A stretch of 64,000 bases of DNA from Octopus vulgaris (Eukaryota): positions 35,216,001-35,280,000 of the forward strand of contig OX597827.1 of assembly GCA_951406725.2 (NCBI GenBank). Direction: 5' to 3'. The notes beneath the pieces are model-generated. The model saw nothing but the letters and a program-made list of their open reading frames with translations. It made no database searches and was not told the origin of the DNA. Shown one piece after another: positions 1 to 12,737 of this stretch (position 1 is the stretch's first letter; every line of letters begins with the position of its first letter). Both the position numbers and the translations under genes were made by a program.

Positions 1-1749
1 CTCTGACCAGGGCCAGGTGCTGAAACACTGTCAGCTTATTGTGTGGGACGAGTGTACTATGGCCCACAAGGGAGCCTTCGACGCATTATACAGAACCCTT
101 CAGGATATCAGGGGTTGCGAAGCCCCCATGGGAGGTGTTATGCTTTTGCTTTCAGGTGACTTTTGGCAAACTCTTCCTGTTATCCCCAATGGCACGCGGG
201 CAGATGAGGTTCAAGCATGCCTTAAGTCGTCTCCGCTCTGGCGTCATGTCAGGTCACTGACCCTGACAATCAACATGAGGGCTCGATTGCTCGGCGACCA
301 AACGTCGGCTAACTTCGCAAGTGACATTCTGAAACTTGGCGACGGTAAAGTGCCTCTTGACGCTGATAGGGAACTGGACGTCCACCCGTTCGCAACTTCC
401 GTTTCATCTTTGACCGAACTCGCTGATAAAGTGTTTCCCCATTTAAAAGATAATTATCATGAATGGCTGTCTGAAGGCGCAGTGCTGGCTCCGAAAAACG
501 TGACCGTTACAAAATTCAACGATCACTTCCCGGTGCTCCTTTGCATAGAAATCAGTAGATACGATGTTAGATGCGAATGAATCGGTGAATTTCCCAACGG
601 AGTTCCTCAACACTTTTGACTCTTCAAGCCTATCGCCACATCTGCTCCGCCTTAAAGTTAGAACTCCGGTTATGCTCCTGCGCAATTTGGAGCCCCCCAT
701 ACTGTGCAGCGGAACACGTCTGATTGTAAAAAAATTGATGAAGTATGTTGTCGAGTCAACTATCCTATCCGGATGCAGAAAAGGTGAGGATGTATTCATT
801 CCCATGATTCCCCTTACTCTCTCGGGAACAGACATACCTTTCAACTTCAGAAGACTGCAATTCCCGCTCCGGCCCAGCTTCGCCATGTCTGTCAACAAGT
901 CCCAGGGCCAGACTCTTTCTGTGGCTGGACTTCTCTTGGAAGAGCCTTGCTTTTCCCACGGCCAGCTCTACGTTGCATGCTCCAGAGTCGGCAGCAGAGA
1001 CAGACTGTTTGCATTAACACGTTGGGGGAAGACAGGAAACATTTTCTACAACGAAGTGCTACGTATTTGCCAAGGCTGAAGTGGGTACGTTATTGCCATT
1101 CATGCATTTAACGAGGTACGCTCAAATACTTTTATTATTTTTTCCCATATCAGACAGAAGCATCAGAAAAGGTCGCCTGCCTCTTGACATTCTGTGGGTT
1201 TATGGAAGGCGTTCGCGTAGTGATAATACGATAGCAAAGAGGTGGCGATTCGTTGCAGTTGCACGATAATAATGTTGTCAGACAGCTGCTACAAACGGAC
1301 CAGCGGAAAGGCAGGTTAGGTATCGCATATTTGAGGACATATTTGCTGCCTTCGATTACCTCAAGTATGTTTATTCATAACATTAAAGTGACCAATTCAA
1401 CGGAAAGGATACTAATTTACGAAACGCATGGTGGCTACGTGTTGCGACATTCCAACTGTTGACCATTAACCTCCTGCAACTGGGAGCAATCTGTTGCTCA
1501 AACGGTTCCCTCTTAGGAAATGCTGAAATTGTTCAACTCGTTCTCTTCCTATACGTTTATATGTGCTTTATTCGCGAGTGTATGGTTCTAATCGGCACTG
1601 GGCTGAAGAGTAAGGTGTTGAAATGAGAAGAGCATTGCACGAGCGCGGTAGCTGCGGTAGGACTCTAAAAATTTTCTCAAGTGTAAGGCCTCATCTTTCA
1701 GCAGTTGAATGGTAATTTATTAAGACCCGTGCAACGGTACTACTGCTAG
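1..1749 (+). mobile_element. 3' part of an autonomous-type Helitron (frameshifted PIF1-like helicase) with CTAG 3' end
   Basis: ORFs 17..580 and 564..1079 carry helicase motifs LIVWDECTM, GGVMLLLSGDFWQTLPVI, LTINMR, LRNL..CSGTRL, QFPLRPSFAMSVNKSQGQT and FSHGQLYVACSRV. The terminus gacccgtgcaacggtactactgCTAG|t is at 1724-1750. Confidence 0.9.
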
Positions 1750-1929
1750 TACTGTAACAATATTAAGTTAGAAGTATTTAATTATGTTATACATTTCGTC
1801 AAGACAAAGATCCCATTTATAATTCCCAATATTGTACGATGGTGAGTAATTAATAATGGACCGTTTTAAATTATGCTTAATGTTCCTATGTATGTATGTA
1901 TATGAATGTGCAAGTGCGTGTGTGTTTTT

Positions 1930-1963
<34 letters not shown>

Positions 1964-2084
1964 GTGTGTGTGTGTGTGTGTAGATATGTCTTATTTACTT
2001 GTTTCAGTCAATAGACCGTGGCCATGCTGGGGCACAGTCTTGATGCATATTTATCTAATAAAAAAAAACTTAATTTCTTTCTAG

Positions 2085-2175
2085 ATGAATATTACCAGCT
2101 CAGAATGCCATCACAGCTATCAAATGGTACACGGAGAAGTCTTGACCAAACAAAAGTATTGGATAAACTCTTACA
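2085..2175 (+). CDS. Tandem-PLAT membrane protein, exon A (phase 0 to 1; second half of an upstream repeat)
   Basis: tttctttctag acceptor and gtaagg donor; 91 nt, MNITSSECHHSYQMVHGEVLTKQKYWINSY. Size and phases match the other short exons. Confidence 0.6.
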
Positions 2176-2524
2176 GTAAGGAATTTATATATATATTCTT
2201 GACTTGCTTTCGGGTTTGAGACATTGGACGGCACCTTCTCGGGGTCCCAAAAGTAATACTACCTTCAAGAGGTTTCCACAAATAATATTCACTCTACTAA
2301 TTATTTCAGTTTGTTGCTTATTTTCATCTTTTGTTTGTTTCAATCATTGCCGTGCAGCCATGCTGGAGCATTACCTTGAAAGGTTTCAGTTGATCAAATC
2401 GATCCCAGTACCTTTGTTGTTTTTAAGACTGGTAGTTTTGCCGAACTGCAAAGTTACAGAAATGTAAACAAACTAACCCCACTTGTCAGGCAGCAGGAGG
2501 TTACACAAAGACATACGTACATGC

Positions 2525-2915
2525 GTACATACATACATACATACATACATACATACATACATACATGCTTTCATACATACATACATACATACATACATAC
2601 ATACATACATACATACATACATACATACATACACACACACATATACGCATGCATGCATACCTACATTCATACATACATACACTCATGCATGCATGCATGC
2701 ATACATACATACATACATACATACATACATGCAAAAATACCCTGTCGTTGATGCTGAAATTCCAATGAAGGAGTCCTGGATTAGGTTAGAAACCGGCTCT
2801 TTCTCTATTGGCAAGAAATCTTGAAATAAAACTGAATAATGACATACATACATACATACATACATACAATCATATATGTATACATGCATGAATGTATGCA
2901 TATATACATACGTAC

Positions 2916-2964
<49 letters not shown>

Positions 2965-2965
2965 A
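2525..2965. repeat. (ATAC)n / (AC)n microsatellite tract
   Basis: Direct reading; source of the HTYI/MYVC pseudo-ORFs. Confidence 0.95.
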
Positions 2966-3448
2966 CACGTGCGTGTATGTATAAGTAATGCCGCTCGAAG
3001 CTGCGTTGAATAAGGTAAACTTGGGTAGTCATATTTAACATGGCATACATAAAAGAATGTATGCAGTATGCATGTAGAAATATACGTATTGCACTTTGGG
3101 TGGATCATTTTACTTAGAAAAATACATGCATCCGTTGAATTTCATCTCTTTTTATCGTTGTCATTCTGTCAATAAGCTAATTAATTAACGAAATAATCAG
3201 ATGTTTATTCAATCAATAATCTAGTTCGTCCGAGTTATCTCTCTGCCGAAACGACCCATCATTCTTTTCGTTATGGTGAAAACAAAAAGCGTTTGTATAA
3301 AACGTGTACGTGTCAAGAGCATAGGAACGTCACAAATGTTTCCCCCACGTATTTTATATCAATAAACTGAATGCCTTTATTTATTCAAATATCTTATGTG
3401 CTTTCCCTGTTTCTTTTCTTTGAGTGTCTTTTTATTTTTCTTTTGTAG

Positions 3449-3681
3449 ATCAGAGAGACATAAATGTTACGGCAATGACTGGTGACATTGGAACTGATGA
3501 TGGTATCAACATATTACTGTATTATGTTGATTACAAATATCACTATACTTTAGACACCGAAAATGATGACTTCGAAAACAACATGTTAGATGTGTTCAGT
3601 TTAAAATCTGCTTCATTGTATTTACTCAAATGCATCGAAGTGGAAAGTGTAACTCCTACAACACAGTGGATAATGGAGAGT
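3449..3681 (+). CDS. Tandem-PLAT membrane protein, exon B (PLAT/LH2 first part)
   Basis: ttttgtag / gtaagc. INVTAMTGDIGTDDGINILL..LDTENDDFENNMLDVFSL..LYLLKCIEV..QWIMES matches the PLAT pattern V.TG..GTD..I.L...FE....D.F...L..I...W. Confidence 0.85.
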
Positions 3682-3836
3682 GTAAGCAAATTTCGATATT
3701 TACTTTTCAAATGTCTGGTATTAATTTTATGCTAGAAATTACTTTTAATTATGCTATGTGTGGTTTGTTGGAAAGTAATAGAGTATTTGTAGTTGGATGA
3801 ATGGTTTGGGGATAGAAAGAATGCTGTATGACAGAG

Positions 3837-3838
3837 TG

Positions 3839-3879
<41 letters not shown>

Positions 3880-3993
3880 TGTAGTTGTAGTAGTAGTTGT
3901 AGTTGTAGTAGTAGCAGCAGCAGCAGCAGCAGTATTAGTAGGAGTAGTAATAGTAACAGCAGCAATAGCAGCAGCAGTAGTTGTAGTAGTAGC

Positions 3994-4034
<41 letters not shown>

Positions 4035-4072
4035 AAGCAGCAGCAGTAGTAGTAGTAGTAGTAGTAGTAGTA
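3837..4072. repeat. Compound (GTA)n/(GCA)n/(GTT)n trinucleotide microsatellite
   Basis: Direct reading; intronic. Confidence 0.95.
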
Positions 4073-4418
4073 GAGGCAGGCAGGCGGAACTGCATCTTTG
4101 AGTTAATACTTGTAGTATGTTGCTTAGTAAATCTTTCGTTTACCCATAACCAAATTCAAACTCTCAGCCGCAAACTATAAAAGTACATTGTTACTAAAGA
4201 ACTGACATATAGCAATGACCACAGAAATAGCACCGGTAGGACACGAAGTGCCGACTAATTTGTATGCTGTTTAATAACGTTTCTGTAACTTTCTGAGCCC
4301 CAACTAAACAACAGTAAACAAACTGCTCCTTTGTACCCACAGCGCTTTTAACTGATTTTATTGTTTTCTCTATGGATTAAGCAAACTAAGTTTCTTTTGA
4401 CTGCATTTTTTCCAATAG

Positions 4419-4515
4419 ATCAGCGTTAACGATGAAGACCAAGAACTGATAAGCTATACACATAATGCGACTCTAAACGAAAGTGTTCTGTACTGCAAGG
4501 ATCAAGCGAGCGGAG
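4419..4515 (+). CDS. Tandem-PLAT membrane protein, exon C
   Basis: ttttttccaatag / gtaaaa. ISVNDEDQELISYTHNATLNESVLYCKDQASG completes W.MES-ISVND (PLAT W.L..V.V.D). Phase 0 to 1. Confidence 0.8.
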
Positions 4516-4789
4516 GTAAAACTTCATACTATTCCTGTTTCAAATTATCAACGTTTCTTGTCTTGAATTATTTGAATTTTGACTGGGTGGAGATTTGCCA
4601 TTGTTTATATATTATCAACCATTTTGTTAGTGAAATAACTGCAAGTACATTTAGAGGGGCCAATTATTTTTTACCCCTTGTTTTTGCTTGAGAATAGTTT
4701 TCTTCTGAGTTTTTTAATGAGGGACAAGACGGCTCCCATTGGGATAACAAGTGACAAGATGTAGAAAGCACGAGCAACATCACAATAAC

Positions 4790-4930
4790 AACCACCGTCA
4801 CCACCACCACCACCACCACCACAACACCCCACCACCACCACCACCACAACCCACCACCACCACAACACCACCCCACCACCACCACAACATCCCCCCACCA
4901 CAACACCCCCCACCACCACACCCAACCACC
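4790..4930. repeat. Degenerate (ACC)n microsatellite
   Basis: Direct reading. Confidence 0.9.
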
Positions 4931-5033
4931 AGTGAAAAAGATTAAACTCGAATATAGTCCGAGCTTAAAACGTCCGTGTGTATATGTGTACATACAGAAA
5001 ATGCTAACAAGTAATTTATTTATTTATTTGCAG

Positions 5034-5263
5034 ATGTCATGTGGACAGTGATTGTTTATGATGAGGGGGAACCCAGTGTTAATGCTACGTCAATAAAACT
5101 TATTGGCTCAAACAAGAGTGAGCAATTCTATTTTTTAAGTTATAAGGAATATCAGGAAAATAACTCTTCTGGGTTGGAAGAAACATTTAACATCTCCATT
5201 TCTGATGTCGGAAGACTTGTTGCTGTACAACTTTGGAAATATCATCACTTTCGGAATATTCAT
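5034..5263 (+). CDS. Tandem-PLAT membrane protein, exon D (second PLAT first part)
   Basis: tttatttgcag / gtaagt. WTVIVYD..ATSIKLIGSNKS...GLEETFNISISDVGRLVAVQLWK is PLAT-like. Phase 1 to 0. Confidence 0.85.
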
Positions 5264-5626
5264 GTAAGTTATCGTCTGCTAATATATTCACAGTTGTTAT
5301 TATTTTTGTTTAGCTCCATGTCAACCCTTTTGTGATCCGATACGTGAACAAATCAAAAGATGTCTAATCATGGTCATCATGCCCTTTACTAAACTATTGT
5401 TTTCTTAGACATGCCCTATTCTTTTACTTTAATTGGATGCAATTTCGCTGTTATATATAGCAATACGAGCTTCCGTGTAGATCCCCCTGAAAACTTCATC
5501 TCTTCACAGTTTATTCAACGACCTATACACTCATCTGCAATGTCTTTTTCCAATTTCCACATCATTTTCACATTTTCTAGCTGAAGAGCGAATACAATTA
5601 GCAAACTGCTAGTATTGTGAGTGTGC

Positions 5627-5691
<65 letters not shown>

Positions 5692-5692
<1 letters not shown>

Positions 5693-6770
5693 GGTGAAGT
5701 TGTAGTGGATGAGAGGCCGGCCAATCAATATAATGTAGAAAACCCTGAAATAAGAGAGGATATGACTGAGGAACAGAGGGAAAAAAAAGAAAAGACTCGA
5801 GGATATAAGAATTACAAGAACAGAGATCAAGCCGGTGAATCTAAGAAGCTTCAAACGTAACAATTTGAAACGCTCGATCCCCAAAATTGTTGGGATTCTG
5901 AAACATATTCTGACAAAAGATCTAACAGAAACAAGGGATTTGATCAGATCCACTTCAATTTTAGTAGGTGAACTAGTTAGAAAGAAAGAGAGGCAAGTAG
6001 ACGGACAGAAGGAGGCATGGTGGAAGCGGAGAATTGAAGACGATATTCTAACTTTTCGTAAAGATCTGACTCGCAGAGAAGAGTGGTCCAAAGGACAATG
6101 GAAAAATGGAAAAGAAAGTGCAAGCTTATATCTTGACGCGAACTACCAAATAGAAAAGAAAGGATTCAAAACTGTCACCAACAACCTAAAACAACGTGTG
6201 CGGGCTAAAACATTAAAGATGCAGCGCAACACTGATCGCATATTGCAGTTCCAGCAAAGCCGGTTATTCTCAAATAACCAGAGGCAGTTTTTTAAGGGCT
6301 TAGGAATAAATATACAGTGTTGGGTGAATTCATTCCGTGTTATCCGAACTTCATCAGCCGGAGGCTCCACTACAGGACCATGTGCGCATAAGAACGGAAG
6401 ATGTCACTGCACAGATATCAAAACTGCCAAACTGAAAAGCGGCAGGACCAGACGGAATTCAAGGCTACTGGCTCTAGTGGTTTAGGTCAATACACATGAG
6501 AATTGCGTTACAATTAGACAATTGCCTACAGAGCGGTACAGTTACAGAGTTGATGGTAGAGGGATGAACAACATTGTTAATGAAAGATCGATCAAAGGGC
6601 AATGAGGTTGGCAATTACCCACTCATTGCTTGTCTTAACCGCCTATGGAAAGTATTAACAGGTACCCTCGCAGGAAAATTAGAACAAAAGGGATACCGAA
6701 AAGGATCCAAGGACTCCAAGGACCACCTTGCGATAGACGATACGGCGGAATTTGAACACAAAACGTGAAG
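5692..6770 (+). mobile_element. R4/Dong-clade non-LTR retrotransposon fragment next to (TAA)n
   Basis: WWKRRIEDDILTFRKDL, LKQRVRAKT..QFQQSRLFSNNQRQFF, KLPN*KAAGPDGIQGYWL, NYPLIACL..LWKVLT and EQKG.RKGSK.SKDHLAID. Preceded by (TAA)n at 5628-5691. Contains stops and frameshifts. Confidence 0.8.
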
Positions 6771-7299
6771 ACGGAGCAAATGACAGTAATTCTGAAGGAT
6801 AGGGCAGGTCGCTTACATCAACTTCAGTATTTGGATGATAATTTATTATATCTACATAACCGTCTAACAACTTAAAATAAACCAAACGGCTAGCTTAACG
6901 AAAACTCTATTTCTTCGATAACTTGTGATTTGTCAAATTCCTTTCCTAATTGCCCACAAACGTTAATGAACGATATATTTTAGGTCTTTCCAAAACAAAA
7001 AAAAAACACTGTTGCTTGATCCAGACCGATTAAAAGAGGCTTAAATCTCGTAGTCGTTCAGAATAGGGAGTAGCGAATACGTCTCTATAATCCTGGTCTC
7101 GCTAATGGCTACGCATCCAGACGTAGTGACCTGAGATCGTTAAGCACCTGTCTCTGCTTTCATGCTAAGTCAAGGCACCGTACTTTATGTATACTGCCTA
7201 TTCTCAGTATTGCCATTCCAAGAGAAAGTGAAGAGACTAAAGTAAAAATGGAATTGATCACTTACGCTATTTTCATGTTAATCTTTATTCGGGACAGAT

Positions 7300-7800
7300 A
7301 TCAACTTTGCCTTTCATCCAAGCGGGATCGATAAAATTAAATACAAGTTTGGTACTAGGGTCGATGTTATCGACTAACCCTCAGCCCCTCAAAACGCCTG
7401 GTCTTGTTCCTAAATCAGAAACTATTATTAAGGCGGTCAGCTGGAAGAGTCACTAGAGCGTGAGAAAAACGCCTTGTGGTATTTATGTTCTGAGGTGAGC
7501 TGGCAGAAAAGGCGGCGAGCTGGCAGAAACGTTAGCACGCCGGGCGAAATGCTTAGCGGTATTTCGTCTGCGTTACGTTGTGAGTTCAAATTCCGCCGAG
7601 GTCGACTTTGCCTTTCATCCTTTCGGGGTCGATAAATTAAGTACCAGTTACGCACTGGGGTCGATGTAATCGACTTAATACCTATGTCTGTCCTTGTTTG
7701 TCCCCTCTGTGTTTAGCCCCTTGTGGGTAATAAAGAAATAGGTATTTATGTTCTGAGTTCAAATCCAGCCAGTTTTAACTTCACGTTTTATCCTTTGCCA
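7300..7800 (+). mobile_element. Cluster of tRNA-derived SINE family 2 copies (GGCGGCGAGCTGGCAG head)
   Basis: Near-intact copy at 7511-7742 with B-box-like gagttcaaattcc and core gcctttcatcctttcggggtcgataaattaagtacc. Partial copies flank it. Confidence 0.85.
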
Positions 7801-8588
7801 CGAAATCTAGAAAGATTAACTTTTTAAAACGTAGTATAAAACTAATTGCCATGAAATGAAGGCAGATTAATGTCTGTGGAATTTTGAGTAAAATCAATTG
7901 AGTAAAGGGTAGAAAGTTTCTCGCCGTGAAGTGTAGAAAACTTAATGTTTGTAAAATGTTAAATCAATTCCTCTGAGGCGTAGATAGTTTAATGTTTAAG
8001 CGTCTTATCCTTTGTTAGAAAGCAGAAAGAAGACAGAAGAGTTGTTTACCTGGCCGAAAGTAATGGCTCTTTTATTGTAACCTTTTTATCAGAGTACATC
8101 AGTAGTATTACAGGTAACGGGCCCAAAAGCCCATTTTAGGAAGGATTATCACTGAAAACTTCGTCTCAATATCTTGTTACTGGGATGGGTCAGTCTGGCT
8201 TAATATACACCTCTCCCTCAGAGGTGTTGAACTCAACATTTCAATCAAACGAATTCCCATAAATTATACAGTAGTGCTGCGGCATACATCAACTGTTCAT
8301 ACCCCACCATGGTACTTGTTTACAAGTAGTTGAACTGGGCCGTTTTAGGAGAGCAAAGTTTGCAAAGTTTCTTGAACACATACGCAAGAAAAATTGGTTG
8401 GACGGAGTTATATGAAAGTAAGGAACTTTACTACATACGCAAATCAATGTCGGTTATGTAGCACACAAATGTTTTAATCATCTTCATTATTACACTATAT
8501 TGCTATCAGCTGATGTTCAGAACAAAATGTGATTTGCTTGAAATAATATTTTTAATACTTGTTTTGTACTTTTACTCATTTTTATCAG

Positions 8589-8676
8589 GTAATTTTGAAG
8601 AAAGAAACAGTGGAATACAGTTTTCATTCTACCAGCTGTAATGTAAGAACCATCACGTTATTTGATTGGCATTGTG
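8589..8676 (+). CDS. Tandem-PLAT membrane protein, exon E
   Basis: tttttatcag / gtaaga. VILKKETVEYSFHSTSCNVRTITLFDWHC. Phase 0 to 1. Confidence 0.75.
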
Positions 8677-8756
8677 GTAAGAGTTTTGCTCAGTATAAAT
8701 CTAAACATATTTAAAAGCAAGTCAACTTTACAAGTTCTGGGCTTGCCTTTTTCCTG

Positions 8757-9250
8757 ATGTATGTATGTATGTATGTATGTATGTATGTATGTATGTATGT
8801 ATGTATGTACCTACGTATGTATGTATGTATGTATGTATGTATGTATGTATGTATGTATGTATGTATGTACTTACGTACGTATGTATGCATGCATGCATAT
8901 GCTTGTGTGTATATATGTACGTATACAAATATCCATACACATATGTAGAAAGAGTAAAGACCCCCTTCGGTATGCGCAAATGTACATTCACACATCAACG
9001 CGCGCGCACGCACACACACACACACACACACACGAACGTACACATATGTGGGCGCACACACATATACACACACACGTGCACACACGTACACACACACAAT
9101 TAGACACACACATGCAAGTGCACACTTTTATCTCCATTTATATATGCACATGAGTACATGCACACGCGCGCACACATAAATGTGCACTTGTACATACATG
9201 AACACTCACGGGTGCACATATACATGGATACGAATGCGAGTACATGTACA
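8757..9250. repeat. (TATG)n followed by degenerate (CA)n
   Basis: Direct reading. Confidence 0.9.
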
Positions 9251-9269
9251 GCAGTAAGTTAATTTAATT

Positions 9270-9742
9270 TAATTTTTTGGCTCAAAAAGCAAAAGCAATG
9301 CCATGTAGGGGGACATGGAGTTATGTACAGGGAGGGTGTTCATGCAAAGAGTTCAGGCCATTTCTGGTCAAGAGAGACTTTGATGCGAGCGGTCGTCGGC
9401 ATCTTCACTATCTCGTCCGGCAGCTTATTCCACGGGTCCGCAACCCGGGCGGAGAAAGCCCCTCTCCTTCGATAGAGATGAAATCGTTGCAGATAGAGCT
9501 TTTCGGAGTGACCCCCGCAGCCGACACTCTGCAGCAGGAGTGAAGAACAGCTCTTTCGAGAGGTTACACTTTCCGCTTATGATGTTGTGAGCGAGAATGA
9601 GATCACCACGGCGTCGTCATTTTTCTAGAGAATAAAGGTCGAGCGTCTTCAGCCTTTCTTCATAAGACAAATGCTTGAGACCAAGAACCATGCGGGTAGC
9701 CAGCTTCTGGACTCTTCCGAGATGATGTATATCTTTGAGGAG
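9270..9742 (-). mobile_element. CR1-like LINE 3' end
   Basis: [46 protein letters not shown] is a typical CR1 ORF2 C-terminus. Confidence 0.85.
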
Positions 9743-10098
9743 GATGCGTACGGTGATCTTGATGCAGACGGTGCTGGAGGTGGATGGTACTAAGGAGGTA
9801 TATCCGGGTTGTCGGCAGCTAGTGAATTTTAGTAGAAGACAAAACAATGTACACGACAACACTTCCAATCAATTAAGATTAGAAGCCATGAGAGCCACTA
9901 CCTGAAATTTATCAGAAGGGAGTACCTCTGGTATATTGAAAATTAAATATATCATCTTAATCTACATTTTCTGGGCATTATTTGAGCATATTTAAATTCG
10001 ATATATCATTTTGTATCGATATGTTATTTGAATAAATATGACTTCATTGCGTCTGATCACCTTGCGTATACATATATATTTGCATATATATATATATT

Positions 10099-10159
<61 letters not shown>

Positions 10160-10168
10160 ATATGTATG

Positions 10169-10202
<34 letters not shown>

Positions 10203-10210
10203 TGTATGTA

Positions 10211-11930
10211 TTAGGCCTCGAAACCGGTTTTATAAAACCGGTTAAAACCGGAAATATTGGAGATGTGTGCATCAGAGAGAGCAGGAGGGGAGTTAGTATT
10301 TTTAAGTAGTAGGTTGGAAGGTTGACTTTGTTTTGGTTTAATGTTTGTGAGGTATGGAAACTTATTATGGGATCATATAGATTTGGTGAACTGCGTGAAA
10401 GATTAGTAGTACCTGTGTTTACAAGAATAAATAACATCAGAAAATTTATCAAGTAATGAGGAGTTATGAAGGCGAAGAATGGTTAACGATTCTTTTAGAA
10501 ATAACTTACACTTACAGATGTTTGCATTGTATGGGGGAGCTTCGCTTACTATTGACTAGGATAATGTGTACGGAATATTTTGGGATTTGAAGTTGTGTAT
10601 ATAATTTGCTGAGGTTGACAATTTAGTACTTGGTTTGGTGAGAGGGTTCATGTGTGCATGGTAGCAGCCGATATATACCCTTGCTTCATGGGAGCGTGGT
10701 GTTATAACTTGTAGATTACATTTTTACGTAGACAGGAGCCTCCAAGAGAGTATAATTAAGATACGCGACAAATACAAGTTTTCGTACCTGCTCCGTGGTT
10801 ATAATTTACTGCTAGTGAGGTTGAGCTCGGTTAGGTTCACTGTTAGTGGGGGAGAACCAGGAGTGTGATCTGTATTTGTACTTGGTTGGGATGTGGTATT
10901 GCAGCTAGTATTTGTTTTGCGTAGGTAGGATTGTAGAATGATGCCTTGAGTCTAGCATTATTTAACTGGGGGCGGTTATTAAGGGTTGTGTTATTGCTAC
11001 TATGAGGGCTAACTTGGAGTGTAGTGTAAGAGATTAGGTATTCAGCGGACTGGTGTTGGAAATTGCGTTTGTTCGAGGAGGCGATTATGGATCCTAAATT
11101 AAATGTGGTGGAGTAGATTTTCAGTGATGATTTGTTAAAAATAGGATAGTATTTATGCTGTGGGGGAAAATTAGATTTTAGGATTTTAAAGAAGATTTTA
11201 CGTAGAGATTTAACTAGGAGAGAGAAAGGTGGGCCATAGAATGTTTAGAGTGCGTGGATGTAGTGGGTTGATCAGGAGTAGAGTGGCTTGTAGTTGTTTT
11301 AAGCTCGGGGTGGTCGAGTGCAATATATAGGGAGTGTTTTTGGGACTTATTCGATTGGTGTAGAGTGGGAGTAGTGTTCGTAGATTCAGGGTTAATATTG
11401 GGAAAGAGATGCGCTATTTTAGTTTTAAGCTTAGTGTTGGGGATATGATAGATTTTTTTACGCTTTTAAGGGTGAGTTTAGGGTGATTAGAGAGGACATT
11501 TATATATTGTAAAGACTGGTTGGATTTATAGAAACAGTGGTATAAGTTTGTGTTATGTCGAGGGTAACGTCTAAGGAACTGGCTACCTTCATGTCAACTG
11601 CAAATGAAATACTCAGATTATAGTTTTTAAAAAAATTGTGTAGGGCTTTCTTGGTACGTTAATTCTTCCTTGAAGACGGAAGCTGGTGGTATCCGATAAT
11701 GGAATCAAGTTACAAGCATTGGTTTGGACCACCAAGCCCTCAGAAACAGCCGTTGGACTCGTAAAACTCCTATTCAACCCCTTTAATTCTTGATATCATT
11801 TCTATTCGGTGTAAGTCGGACTATTTTATATGTAAACATATGTACAATTTTTGTATTAAATGTATTTAATATTTTTTGTATATCGACTTGCCTAACTTGC
11901 TTGTCCTTACATTTACTCCTATATATATAT
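10211..11930 (-). mobile_element. Degenerate Penelope-like element (RT C-terminus, linker, GIY-YIG) between (TA)n tracts
   Basis: Minus-strand remnants LDVTLD..YKSN..SNHP, CLRKNVIYK..YIG, IPYTLS*SIVSEAPPYN..CKL.LKE and [15 protein letters not shown]. Confidence 0.75.
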
Positions 11931-11947
11931 ATATATATATATATATA

Positions 11948-12127
11948 CCGGGCGTTGTGTGTGTTTATTGAGCGAAAACACCTAAATAGCTCCACGAGGC
12001 TCCGGCAGGGGGTGGTGATTCCTGCTGTACTCTTTCACCACTCTTTCTTCTGTTGGCCTGCTCGCTTAGCCAGCGGGATGGCGTCATTCGAAGGCTAAAA
12101 CAATGCGAACAACATCGGTCACGTGAT

Positions 12128-12135
<8 letters not shown>
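11948..12135 (+). mobile_element. Truncated SINE-like repeat (family 3) within (TA)n
   Basis: Reverse-complement match to the units at 29333-29450 and 29541-29658. Confidence 0.6.
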
Positions 12136-12174
<39 letters not shown>

Positions 12175-12641
12175 CATATGCATAATAATGCATACGTATG
12201 TACATGTATATATTATACATAGTCACATGCACACATACACACACTCACACACATATATATAATAAACATTATACATGTATAAACAACTATTCGAGGTTGT
12301 AAAATAACGAACGCTCCAAAGGACAATGAATTACCTATCAGCTGTTTCCTAGGCAAACATAACTACATCATTTGCGCTACATTCAGTTCACGTTTTTGCT
12401 TTGCCAAACTCGGACAAAAATATATGCTTGTTGTACTGGATATTTACCACTTCGCATTTCTCACATATCTGAAATTTAGAAGCAACTATCAATGTAGAGT
12501 TAGGTTTCTTTTTCGCCATTAATGAATATTTACAATTGGGTGCCCAAATAACATGAATTAAGCATTAAGAAATACACTTGACAGTTTGATTATTAAGAAA
12601 ATTTTTGCTGGAAAATCATTTGATTAATTTATTATTTTCAG

Positions 12642-12737
12642 ATACACAAATAAATGTAACAGATCTTTTTGAATTATGTTTAATGAATGACACTTGCGAC
12701 AAAAACCAGTTTTCCGAATTAATTAATATTGAATCAG
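12642..12737 (+). CDS. Tandem-PLAT membrane protein, exon F (Cys-containing linker)
   Basis: ttattttcag / gtaaga. DTQINVTDLFELCLMNDTCDKNQFSELINIES. Symmetric phase 1-1, 96 nt. Confidence 0.7.

Noticed and set aside
17-1079. Host PIF1 helicase gene
   Set aside because: Intronless, frameshifted and followed by a Helitron CTAG terminus.
2755-2802. ccaatgaagg...agaaaccggctc as a hammerhead
   Set aside because: The core boxes and stems are too degenerate to support.
2473-3108. ORFs of MYVC/HTYI repeats (also at 8711-9153, 10028, 15169-15500, 26163, 28485-29424, 36419-37722, 46056 and 60505-61008)
   Set aside because: Translations of (ATAC)n, (TA)n and (TG)n microsatellites, which lack stop codons.
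3732-4993. Poly-Thr/Val/Leu and poly-His/Pro/Gly ORFs resembling mucin or metal-binding proteins
   Set aside because: Intronic trinucleotide microsatellites without usable splice sites.
7511-7600. tRNA gene candidates at SINE heads (also 37487 and 56338)
   Set aside because: A/B-box-like motifs run straight into SINE bodies; no complete cloverleaf.
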